A stretch of DNA of 56,877 nucleotides from an uncultured Bifidobacterium sp. (lineage in GTDB: Bacteria; Verrucomicrobiota; Verrucomicrobiia; Limisphaerales; JADLHS01). The stretch lies in NCBI GenBank assembly GCA_964429665.1, contig CAYSDO010000001.1:1-56877 (forward strand), written 5' to 3'. The translations under genes were made by a program, and so were the position numbers. A model generated the notes under the pieces. That model saw only the letters and a program-made list of their open reading frames with translations. It was not told the origin of the DNA and searched no databases. Each line of letters opens with the position of its first letter. Position 1 is the stretch's first letter. Shown in pieces: positions 1 through 8,376 of this stretch.

Positions 1-22
1 ATGAGGATGTCCGGTTCAATCC

Positions 23-511
23 TCACGTAGCAGGGGGCGGTAGAATCTCCAGCCCGTATTTCCTTCCGATTTCAATCACACGCGGAATGTCCTGCTGTTG
101 CTGCGGACTCATAGCGCCAATTTCCTCGAAGAAACCTTCGAAGCCCGACGGAGTAATGACGCACATAAGCTTGCCCGGAGTCTTGCCGAGGTAACGGTAG
201 GTGTGCGCGACGCCGCGTGGTGCAAACAAGGTCGTGCCCGGTTTGGCGAGGATGGTTTTGCCTCCGACCACGAACTCGTATTCGCCTTCGAGAATCTGAA
301 ACGTCTCGTCTTCGCGATGATGGATGTGCGGGGGCGGACCGCCGCCCGGCGCGTCGTGCGATTCCACCACACCAACCACGCCGCCGGTATCGCGCCCGTG
401 GATGCGAATGAGCATGGGAATGCCGAGGATGTTCACCCGCTTGCCGCCGTCAGATGGGACTTGGATCGGATTCATGGCGGCAATGTTCTGTCGTCGTGCG
501 CTATCTGGCAA
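23..511 (-). CDS. cupin domain protein
   Basis: 162-aa ORF with a cupin metal-site pattern 'PPPHIHHREDETFQILEGE...APRGVAHTY'. An alternative start is M13 (nt 475). Confidence 0.75.
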   Translation of the reverse strand: MPDSARRQNIAAMNPIQVPSDGGKRVNILGIPMLIRIHGRDTGGVVGVVESHDAPGGGPPPHIHHREDETFQILEGEYEFVVGGKTILAKPGTTLFAPRGVAHTYRYLGKTPGKLMCVITPSGFEGFFEEIGAMSPQQQQDIPRVIEIGRKYGLEILPPPAT

Positions 512-756
512 GGCAACAATCTGCGCGTCTTTTCAGGCTTTATCATTCAGATTTTCAACTGCTTTTCAAACTTTTCTGACCTGATGCCAACGAACTTTGG
601 CAATCAATCGAGCCGCCGTCCCTGTTATACGATCCTCAACGTCCGTTTACAGCGATTGGCTGGCAGGGGCATATACTTCAAATGCACCGGCCCGATGACC
701 GTAACCGATCATCAAAATGCCTGCGCCATGCTCGCGTGTTGGCAGCGAAAACACAA

Positions 757-785
757 TTGACAGACCAACGTCTGTTGTGTATATG
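757..785 (+). promoter_or_regulatory. putative sigma70-like promoter with an embedded palindrome (possible MarR operator)
   Basis: TTGACA (757-762), a 17-nt spacer, then TATATG (780-785). The spacer contains ACAGAC-caac-GTCTGT (760-775). The element sits directly in front of the marR-like ATGs at 783/792. Confidence 0.3.
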
Positions 786-791
786 CACATC

Positions 792-1232
792 ATGGCAAAA
801 CAACTGGATTTGTCGGTGATGGAAAACTGCGTGTGCTTCAACCTGCGCTGGGTGTCGCGCGCGTTCACGCAGTTCTTTGAATCGCAGTTGCGTCACCACG
901 ATCTCCTGCCGACGCAGACGCCGATTCTTGGCGCACTGGCCGCCCGACCCGGGGCGAGCATGGCGGAATTGAGCGACTGGCTGGGCATGGATCGCACGAC
1001 GCTGGTGAGGAATCTGCGTCCGCTCGAGCGCGAAGGCCTCTTGAAAGCGAACGGCAAGGGACGCGGAGGCAAGGTGAAACTCGCCATCACGCCCAAGGGA
1101 AAATCCGCCCTGGCCAAACTGATGCCCGAGTGGCGGGCCGCCCAACAGAAGGTGATCAAGACGCTCGGCAAGGAGCGCTGGACCAACATTCTTTCCGATC
1201 TTGAGCGCGCCGCGCTGGCCTTAAGCAAATGA
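792..1232 (+). CDS. MarR family transcriptional regulator
   Basis: Winged-helix MarR pattern 'PTQTPILGALAARPGASMAELSDWLGMDRTTLVRNLRPLEREGLL'. The ORF opens at 717, but the ATGs at 783/792 are more plausible starts. The stop overlaps the next start (ATGA, 1229-1232). Confidence 0.85.
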   Translation: MAKQLDLSVMENCVCFNLRWVSRAFTQFFESQLRHHDLLPTQTPILGALAARPGASMAELSDWLGMDRTTLVRNLRPLEREGLLKANGKGRGGKVKLAITPKGKSALAKLMPEWRAAQQKVIKTLGKERWTNILSDLERAALALSK

Positions 1233-2593
1233 ACCCTCCAACTTCCACGAACAAAACCGAAAATCCCAATGGTGTGTATATGCACTCACAAACGCTGATT
1301 CCATCCCCTCCGCACACCGCGTCGCGCGTCCTCGACGCTGATTGGCTGCGACAACTCTGCCTCGATGCCGGGGCCGATGACGTCGGTTTCGTCGAACTGG
1401 AGCGGCCCGCGCTGGCGGAGGAGCGCCCGCACATCGAGCGAACCTTTCCGCGCACGCGTAGCCTGATCAGTTTCGTCGTGCGGATGAACCGGGACAACGT
1501 CCGCAGCCCGGCGCGGTCGGTCGCCAATTCAGAGTTTCATCATTCCGGCGACGAGGTGAATGACATCGCCCGCCGCATCACCACTGCGCTGGAAAGGGCC
1601 AGCGTCCGCGCGCTGAATCCGCCGATGGCCTTCCCGATGGAGGCAGATCGCTGGATGACCGAGCGGATGTGGGTGGTGGCGCACAAGCCGGTGGCTGTGG
1701 CGGCGGGGTTGGGGCGGATGGGGATTCATCGAAACGTGATTCACTCGCGCTTCGGGAATTTCATTTTACTCGGCACGATTCTCGTCGCGGCGAAGATCAG
1801 CGCGTATTCGCAGGAACTGGATTTCAATCCGTGCCTGACGTGCAAACTCTGCGTGGCGGCATGTCCGGTCGGGGCGATTGGCACGGACGGCACGTTCAAC
1901 TTCTCGTCGTGCTACACGCACAACTACCGCGAGTTCATGGGCGGGTTTGCCGATTGGGTCGAAACCATAGCAGACAGTCGCGATGGGAAGGATTACCGGC
2001 GCCGGGTGAAGGATTCAGAAAGCGTCTCGGTGTGGCAGAGCCTGGGCTTTGGGCCGAACTACAAGGCGGCGTATTGCATGGCGGTTTGCCCGGCAGGCGA
2101 CGACGTCATCGGACCTTACCTCGCCTCGAAAAAAGATTTCGCCGATGAAGTGATGCGCCCACTGCAAGCAAAGCGTGAGCCGGTCTATGTTATTCCCGGA
2201 TCGGACGCCGAGTTCTACGTGCAGAAGCGTTACCCGCATAAGACAGTGCGGCGCGTGCGCAACTCACTGCGTCCGCGAACTATTACAGCCCTGCTACAGG
2301 GGATGCGGAATACATTTCAGCGACAATCGGCGAGGAATCTGAACGCCACCTACCATTTCACTTTCACCGGCAATGAAGCCGTGGAGGCCACCGTGGTCAT
2401 CCGCTCCGGCACGATTGCCGTCGAGAGTGGGTTGAAAGGCAAACCGAACATTCACGTGACCGCCGACTCTGCGACCTGGCTCGGGTTTCTCGCCAAGGAA
2501 AACAATCTGCCGTGGGCGTTGCTTACTCGGCGCATCAAACTCCGTGGAAACCCAAAATGGCTGCTGGCGTTCAAGCGATGCTTTCCGTCGTGA
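1229..2593 (+). CDS. QueG/reductive-dehalogenase-like 4Fe-4S protein with a C-terminal SCP2 (sterol-carrier-like) domain
   Basis: Fe-S Cys clusters 'CLTCKLCVAACPVGAI' and 'YCMAVCPAGDD'. QueG-like core 'HKPVAVAAGLGRMGIHRNVIHSRFGNFILLG'. The last ~100 aa look SCP2-like ('ATYHFTFTG...RRIKLRGNPKWLLAF'). Confidence 0.7.
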   Translation: MNPPTSTNKTENPNGVYMHSQTLIPSPPHTASRVLDADWLRQLCLDAGADDVGFVELERPALAEERPHIERTFPRTRSLISFVVRMNRDNVRSPARSVANSEFHHSGDEVNDIARRITTALERASVRALNPPMAFPMEADRWMTERMWVVAHKPVAVAAGLGRMGIHRNVIHSRFGNFILLGTILVAAKISAYSQELDFNPCLTCKLCVAACPVGAIGTDGTFNFSSCYTHNYREFMGGFADWVETIADSRDGKDYRRRVKDSESVSVWQSLGFGPNYKAAYCMAVCPAGDDVIGPYLASKKDFADEVMRPLQAKREPVYVIPGSDAEFYVQKRYPHKTVRRVRNSLRPRTITALLQGMRNTFQRQSARNLNATYHFTFTGNEAVEATVVIRSGTIAVESGLKGKPNIHVTADSATWLGFLAKENNLPWALLTRRIKLRGNPKWLLAFKRCFPS

Positions 2594-2817
2594 TTTCTTG
2601 AGCATCATTGTTGAGCGAGGAACAGGCTGCCATGGATAATCATCCAGAAGATCTCCTCAACTCCAACGCAGTTGGCGTTTTATTCATTCCGAAAGCAGCG
2701 GAAAAAAGGTGATTCGGTCCGTACCAAATGTTACGAAATGGAAGTGCATAAGAACCTCTCCCCGGCGCAAAAGCATTCTGACGCCGAATCACCCAACCAC
2801 CGCCTCGATGTCATCCG

Positions 2818-4797
2818 ATGAGCCGCCCTCGCCTTGTTGGTCTTCTGCTGGCGTTGATCACGCTCGTGGCCTACCTGCCGGTGCGACAGCACGAGTTTGT
2901 GACCTATGACGACAACGATTACATCACCGATAACCTCGTCGTCCAAAATGGCCTGACCCCTGCCGGTGTGGAATGGGCATTCACCACCTGGCACGCCAGC
3001 AACTGGCATCCGCTCACGTGGCTGTCACACATGCTCGACTGTGAATTATTCGATCTGGACGCCGGATCTCATCATCTCGTCAACGCAGTTCTTCATTCGG
3101 TCAATGCAGTGCTGCTCCTGGCGCTGCTGTTGCGCTTAACGGGGAACTTATGGCCGGCAGCAATCGTGGCAGCGTTGTTCGCGTGGCACCCGCTGCGCGT
3201 TGAATCTGTGGCTTGGGCATCTGAACGGAAAGATGTTCTAAGTGCGTTCTTCGCCCTCCTGACACTGCTGGCCTACGCGGTTTATGCCGAAAAATCCAAG
3301 GCCCGGAATGCACACGCCACATTTTACTACTGCGGCGTGGTGCTTCTCTTTGCGCTTGGCCTGCTCGCCAAACCCATGCTGGTAACGCTGCCGTTTGTAC
3401 TCTTGCTACTCGACCGGTGGCCGCTGGAACGATTGGTGAATTCACAAACTCAATCGTCTTTCCGTCTCGTGCTGGAGAAATGGCCCCTCTTTCTGCTCAG
3501 TGCAGTCTCCTGCATCATTACTTTTCTGGCACAACGCGGCTCCGCTGTTCTAACCGTTGAACAACACCCGCTACATCTGCGAGCCGGCAACGCGCTGCTG
3601 TCTGGCGTGCAGTACCTCCTGAAAACGGTCTGGCCCGTCAATCTTGCAATCCCCTACCCGTTGCCAGCTTCGCTGCCGATTGCATCCGTTTTTGTCGCTG
3701 CTGCTGTCCTTGTGCTGATTTCCTGGCTTGCCTGGCGGGCCCGACGCGACACACCATCTCTCCTGATCGGCTGGCTTTGGTTTTTGGGAATGCTGGTGCC
3801 GGTTATCGGCATTGTGCAGGTGGGTCGCCAGGCAATGGCAGATCGTTACACCTACCTGCCGCACATCGGCCTGTTCATTGCGGTGGTTTACGGATTTCAA
3901 AACCTGACGACGCGATGGCGCATCAAACCAGCCGCGTTGTTCAGTGTTGTCTGCGTGATTCTCACCGCCTGCCTGCTTGGCACTGAACTCCAATTGCGCT
4001 TCTGGCGAAATGGCGTAATCCTTTTCACGCATACCTTGGCAGTGACAAAAAACAACGCCATTGCGCACATCAACCTCGGCGTTGCGCTTGAACAAAAAGG
4101 TCGTCGAGACGATGCCCTCTTTCAATATCATGCGGCTTTGAGAATTAACCCTAGCTACGTCCAGGCCCACAACAACCTTGCCATCCTGCTTGATGCAATG
4201 GATCAAAACGACGAAGCGCTGGCGGAATATCAGGAAGCGCTGCGGTTGAATCCGAAGGCGGCACTCGCCCACTGCAACCTTGGAACATTGCTCGTCAAAC
4301 TGGGTCGGTTCGATGAGGCGTTCAGCCATTACTCGGAAGCCGCCCGCCTTGCTCCAGACGATCCACGCCCCCATTACCTCAAGGGCAAAGCCGAGCTTCG
4401 CCGCAGTCAAAGTGCTGCGGGGATCGCACATTTTCGAGACGCGTTGCAATGCAACCAGAATGATCCGCGCACGCTGACTTTTCTGGCGCGCGTGCTGGCC
4501 TCAGACAATAACGCACAAGTTCGCAACGGTGCAGAAGCCGTGGTGCTGGCCGAGCGGGCAAACATGTTGGCCGGAGGTGGTGACGCGTTTGTGCTTGATA
4601 CACTCGCGATGGCATACGCGGAGGCTGGTCGCTTTGTCGAAGCGCAACGAACTATTCAGACCGCCCTTGATCTTGCCAAAACTGCCGACGAAACCCCGCT
4701 GCCAGCCTTGCAACAACGCCAACAGCTTTACCTGGCCAACCGGCCCTTTCGTGAAACCGCTACCAACCAGCCACCGGAACTGTCATCCCCGCGTTGA
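2818..4797 (+). CDS. GT-C type (PMT/TMTC-like) membrane glycosyltransferase fused to TPR repeats
   Basis: N-terminal polytopic membrane region with a first-loop 'FVTYDDNDYITDN' acidic motif. The C-terminal ~250 aa carry repeated TPR consensus ('AHINLGVALEQKGRRDDALFQYHAALRINPSYVQAHNNLA...'). Confidence 0.75.
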   Translation: MSRPRLVGLLLALITLVAYLPVRQHEFVTYDDNDYITDNLVVQNGLTPAGVEWAFTTWHASNWHPLTWLSHMLDCELFDLDAGSHHLVNAVLHSVNAVLLLALLLRLTGNLWPAAIVAALFAWHPLRVESVAWASERKDVLSAFFALLTLLAYAVYAEKSKARNAHATFYYCGVVLLFALGLLAKPMLVTLPFVLLLLDRWPLERLVNSQTQSSFRLVLEKWPLFLLSAVSCIITFLAQRGSAVLTVEQHPLHLRAGNALLSGVQYLLKTVWPVNLAIPYPLPASLPIASVFVAAAVLVLISWLAWRARRDTPSLLIGWLWFLGMLVPVIGIVQVGRQAMADRYTYLPHIGLFIAVVYGFQNLTTRWRIKPAALFSVVCVILTACLLGTELQLRFWRNGVILFTHTLAVTKNNAIAHINLGVALEQKGRRDDALFQYHAALRINPSYVQAHNNLAILLDAMDQNDEALAEYQEALRLNPKAALAHCNLGTLLVKLGRFDEAFSHYSEAARLAPDDPRPHYLKGKAELRRSQSAAGIAHFRDALQCNQNDPRTLTFLARVLASDNNAQVRNGAEAVVLAERANMLAGGGDAFVLDTLAMAYAEAGRFVEAQRTIQTALDLAKTADETPLPALQQRQQLYLANRPFRETATNQPPELSSPR

Positions 4798-4882
4798 GCG
4801 AGAGTTGTTCAGATTTTAACTTTGAAGCGTCCGTTGCTCTCGTTACCTTCCGGCCAATAGATTGAAATCACCGCAGATTCTC

Positions 4883-5548
4883 ATGAAAGCAAAACCACTT
4901 GTCATCCCTGTCTTATCGGCCCTCGTAATGTTCACGCTGTTGTTCACCGCCGGCTGCCGTTCCGTTTACAACGCCACGATGGAAAATGTCTTTGGTTACG
5001 AGAAACGGGAGTTGTTCAAGAAGTCCGTCACCGCACTCCAGAGCGAGCAGAAGGATGCGCAGAAGGAATTCAAGGACGCACTTACCCGGCTCAAGGAGCT
5101 TTACGGCTTTCAAGGCGGCGAGCTGGAATCCGTTTATGGGAAGGTGAAGAGTTCCCATGATCGTTGCGACAGCGAGGCCAAGGCGGTCCATACGCGCATT
5201 GGAAACATGGAAGACCTCGCCAGGTCCATGTTCAACGAATGGGAAAAAGAGATCCAGCAGTACACAAACCCAAGCCTCGCAGCCGCCAGCCGTGAACAAT
5301 TGCGGCTCACGAAGGATCGCTATGCGCAGTTGTCCAGAACGGTGCGGGATGCCGAAGCCACCATGCAACCGGTACTCGGCCAGCTCAAGGACAACGTGCT
5401 CTTCCTGAAACACAACCTCAACGCGTCCGCCATTGGCTCGTTGCAAGGTGAAGCCACAAACATCCAGAAACAAATCGAGGAACTCCTCACGCGAATGAAC
5501 GCAAGCATCGCGGAGTCGGACAAATTCATCCAGTCGCTCCCGAAGTAA
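4883..5548 (+). CDS. lipoprotein, DUF2959-like coiled-coil protein
   Basis: Signal peptide plus lipobox 'LLFTAGC', then a helical Lys/Glu-rich body. The family assignment is from memory. The ORF track opens at TTG 4862; I prefer ATG 4883. Confidence 0.65.
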   Translation: MKAKPLVIPVLSALVMFTLLFTAGCRSVYNATMENVFGYEKRELFKKSVTALQSEQKDAQKEFKDALTRLKELYGFQGGELESVYGKVKSSHDRCDSEAKAVHTRIGNMEDLARSMFNEWEKEIQQYTNPSLAAASREQLRLTKDRYAQLSRTVRDAEATMQPVLGQLKDNVLFLKHNLNASAIGSLQGEATNIQKQIEELLTRMNASIAESDKFIQSLPK

Positions 5549-5618
5549 GCCGCGCAACGCCTGCTGCCATCAACTTTCTCTTTCCTCGAGCGGCTTCTCC
5601 CGCCATCGTTTCCGGCGA

Positions 5619-6917
5619 ATGATTCGCAAACGTCGCATCGCCATCACGGGTATCGGCATGGTCACGCCCGTGGGCAATGACACACGCACCACCTGGGCGA
5701 ACCTTCGCGCCGGCAACAGCGGGCTGGGCACAATCCGCTATTTCGACGCGAGCGGTTTTCCTGTCCGCATCGGGGCCGAGGTGAAGGATTTTGAACTACC
5801 CGCCGCGCTCGCACATTCCAAGCACATCAAATTTGCCGCGCGGTCACATCGTTTTGCGTTCGCCGCCGCCGAGGAGGCGCTGACGGATGCGGGAATTCGT
5901 CCGGAGCCGGACAACGCACATCGCTGGGGTTTCAGCGTGGGTGCGGGCATGATGGCGGTCAGTTACTGCGAACTGGAAAATATCCACACGTTCGCCGCCA
6001 CTGAAGATGGCGAACTTAAAACCGACGGCTTCATTGACCCGCGTTACTCCGGCGACCCAGTTTCCTTTTGTCGCACGCAGACAAACGCCGGACTTGGTCT
6101 GCTCACGCAGCAATTTGGGATTCGCGGCTATGCGACGGCTGTTCACACCGCTTGCGCCTCCGGTGGGCAGGCGTTGGGCACTGCGTTAAAGGTGATGCGG
6201 CGTGGCCAGGCGGACTTCATGCTGGCAGGCGGATTTGACTCCATGTTGAACCCGCTCGGGCTTTCTTCGTTCTGCCTGCTGGGTGCGCTTTCAACGGACA
6301 ATGACAATCCGACGAAGGCCAGCCGCCCGTTCGACATCACGCGAAACGGATTTGTGCTTGGAGAGGGCGCAGCATTTCTTGTGTTGGAGGAATGGAGCGC
6401 GGCCCGGAAGCGCGGCGCAAAGATTTACGCCGAACTTGCCGGTGACGGAAATTCCTGCAGCAGTTATCGCATCACGGATTCTCCGCCGGACGGTGATGGG
6501 CCGATTCAGGCGATTCAGCAGGCTCTGGCCGACGCCGGAGCCACTGTGGCAGACCTGGACTACATCAATGCACACGGCACCTCGACGCAGATGAACGACC
6601 GCAGCGAGTGCGCGGCAATGCGTGCCGTGCTCGGTGACCACGTCGAACGCGTGGCCGTGAGTTCGACCAAGAGTTGCATGGGTCACCTCATCGCAGCCGC
6701 GGGTGCGGTGGAGGCCGGCGTATGTGCGCTCGCCATCCGGGACGGCGTCGCACCGGTGAACGCGAACCATGACAACCCCGACCCCGATTGCAGGGTCAAC
6801 ATCGTGCGCGGCCAGTCGCGGCCCGGAAAAGTCCGCATGGCGCTTTCCAATTCACTTGGCTTCGGGGGATCGAACAGCTCGCTGGTGTTTCGCAATCCAG
6901 AGGAGGTGAAACTGTGA
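5619..6917 (+). CDS. beta-ketoacyl-ACP synthase II-like (FabF family) KS1
   Basis: Cys-His-His triad motifs 'VHTACASGGQA', 'INAHGTSTQMND' and 'STKSCMGHLIAAAG'. C-terminal 'GFGGSNSSLVF'. Confidence 0.9.
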   Translation: MIRKRRIAITGIGMVTPVGNDTRTTWANLRAGNSGLGTIRYFDASGFPVRIGAEVKDFELPAALAHSKHIKFAARSHRFAFAAAEEALTDAGIRPEPDNAHRWGFSVGAGMMAVSYCELENIHTFAATEDGELKTDGFIDPRYSGDPVSFCRTQTNAGLGLLTQQFGIRGYATAVHTACASGGQALGTALKVMRRGQADFMLAGGFDSMLNPLGLSSFCLLGALSTDNDNPTKASRPFDITRNGFVLGEGAAFLVLEEWSAARKRGAKIYAELAGDGNSCSSYRITDSPPDGDGPIQAIQQALADAGATVADLDYINAHGTSTQMNDRSECAAMRAVLGDHVERVAVSSTKSCMGHLIAAAGAVEAGVCALAIRDGVAPVNANHDNPDPDCRVNIVRGQSRPGKVRMALSNSLGFGGSNSSLVFRNPEEVKL

Positions 6918-8191
6918 GTCATCCATCAAACATCGCCATCACCGGCGTTGGCGCGGTCTGCGGCGCAGGTCTGAGCGTGGACGAAATCTGGAATGCCGTT
7001 GTCAACGGCAAGTCTGCGGTCGGTCCGATTGCTCAATGGGATGCGAGCCGCTGGCCGGTGAATGTTTCCGCCGAAGTCCGCAACGTTGACAACCGCGTGC
7101 TGGTCGAGGATCGCAAGCTTCATAAAATGATTTCGCGCACGGATATGTTCGGTTTGTTTGCAGCGCATCAAGCTGTTCAACAGTCCGGCCTGCTTGCGCA
7201 TCGCGACACTCTCGATGACGCGGCGAAGCTTGGATTCAACGATCGCACCGGAGTGTTCTCCGGCTCAGGCGGAGGCAACTACCGCAGCAATTACGATTTC
7301 TTTCCGGCAATGTCTGCCGCAGGCGGAAGCCTGCAAAAGTTTGGGGGCGAATTCAGCCAGTCGGTGAACCCGATGTGGCTGCTGAAAAATCTTCCGAACA
7401 ACGTCCTTTGCCACGTCGGCATCCGTTACAACTTCAAGGGCACGAACGCCTGCGTGACGAATCAATGTGTCGGCGGTGTGCTCGCGTTCGCGGAAGCAGC
7501 AGCGGCCATCCGCAACGACGAGAGCGACCGTGCGTGTGCCACTTCTCACGACACCCCTTTCGAACCAGAAACAGTCTCCGGTTACAACAAGCTCGGACTT
7601 CTCTCGCAGGACACTGTCCGACCATTTGACCGTGATCGCACGGGCACAGTGTTTGGTGAAGGCGCAGCCTCCGTGGTGCTGGAAAGAGCGGAGGACGCCG
7701 GGAAGCGGAGTGCAACGATTTACGGCGAGTTTCTCGGCAGCGGTTGCGTGACGGAAGGAACGGGCATCCTTGATTTGCGCCCTGACGGCGATGGCGTGAG
7801 TCGCGCAATTGAAGCCGCGCTGACGGACGCCGACCTCAAGCCTGACGCCGTAGGAATGATCGTGGCGCACGGCAACGGCACGCGCGCATCCGATGCTTCC
7901 GAGGCGGCGGGAATCCGCCGCGTGTTTGGCGATGCGATCCCGCCGGTGACGGCGTTCAAGTGGGCGGTGGGGCATCTCATCGCGTCGTCCGGCGCGCTGG
8001 ACTGCGTGCTGGCATTGCGCGCGTTGAAGGAAAAGGTCGTGCCCGGAATTGCCACGCTCAAAACTGTTGACCCCGAGCTTGGAGATTTTCCCGTGTCATC
8101 AAAGCCACAACAACCGCGCAGCAATGTGGCGCTGGTAATCTGTCGAGGCTTTGGTGGCATGAACGTGGCAATGCTGTTGCATGCCGAATGA
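6914..8191 (+). CDS. divergent beta-ketoacyl synthase KS2
   Basis: In-frame GTG at 6914 overlaps the KS1 stop (GTGA). N-terminus 'VSHPSNIAITGVGAV'. Motifs 'VTNQCVGG' (Cys aligns with the FabF active-site Cys), 'VAHGNGTRASD', 'AFKWAVGHLIASSG' and 'GFGGMNVAMLL'. Confidence 0.85.
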   Translation: MSHPSNIAITGVGAVCGAGLSVDEIWNAVVNGKSAVGPIAQWDASRWPVNVSAEVRNVDNRVLVEDRKLHKMISRTDMFGLFAAHQAVQQSGLLAHRDTLDDAAKLGFNDRTGVFSGSGGGNYRSNYDFFPAMSAAGGSLQKFGGEFSQSVNPMWLLKNLPNNVLCHVGIRYNFKGTNACVTNQCVGGVLAFAEAAAAIRNDESDRACATSHDTPFEPETVSGYNKLGLLSQDTVRPFDRDRTGTVFGEGAASVVLERAEDAGKRSATIYGEFLGSGCVTEGTGILDLRPDGDGVSRAIEAALTDADLKPDAVGMIVAHGNGTRASDASEAAGIRRVFGDAIPPVTAFKWAVGHLIASSGALDCVLALRALKEKVVPGIATLKTVDPELGDFPVSSKPQQPRSNVALVICRGFGGMNVAMLLHAE

Positions 8192-8226
8192 AATTGAGCG
8201 CTCGAAATTCCGCAAGGTCTTGGAGT

Positions 8227-8297
8227 GCGGCGGCCCTCCGCCGCTTTCATGTCGCCCGCGCTGCTATGAAAATTGAAAAGCGGCAGGGGGCTGCCGC
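8227..8297. repeat. pair of GC-rich hairpins in the KS2 / PPTase-acyltransferase spacer
   Basis: GCGGCGG-ccct-CCGCCGC (8227-8244) is followed by TTT on the plus strand. GCGGCAG-gggg-CTGCCGC (8280-8297) is preceded by AAAA, which is a T-run on the minus strand. Confidence 0.5.
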
Positions 8298-8376
8298 AGT
8301 CCAGGACGCTTCGCGCTATTTCTCGACGTATTGCTTGCGCTGGTTGTCTTCCGTTGGTTGATGTGTCTTTCATGCG

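Noticed and set aside
1-40. A tRNA T-arm-like 'GGTTCAATCC' at the window start, and a similar 'CCGGTTCAATC' at about 47985-48000.
   Set aside because: I could find no acceptor stem, anticodon arm or D-arm around either site. The first overlaps the 3' end region of the cupin gene. Both are isolated motifs only.
6788-6913. The upstream extension of the KS2 ORF (track start 6788).
   Set aside because: It overlaps the conserved C-terminus of KS1 in another frame. The family N-terminus 'SNIAITGVGAV' begins right after GTG 6914, which forms a GTGA coupling junction.
6914-8191. KS2 as a chain-length-factor (KS-beta) with Gln replacing the active-site Cys, based on 'TNQCVGG'.
   Set aside because: Residue-by-residue alignment to FabF 'GPSISIATACTSG' puts the Cys of 'NQCVGG' on the catalytic Cys and the Gln one position earlier. 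Both His motifs are present, so KS2 looks like a complete if divergent condensing enzyme.
8266-8361. A short ORF ('MKIEKRQGAAAVQDASRYFSTY...') in the KS2 / acyltransferase spacer, considered as a candidate missing ACP.
   Set aside because: It has no ACP 'DSL' phosphopantetheine-attachment motif. The sequence is the translation of the GC hairpin repeat.
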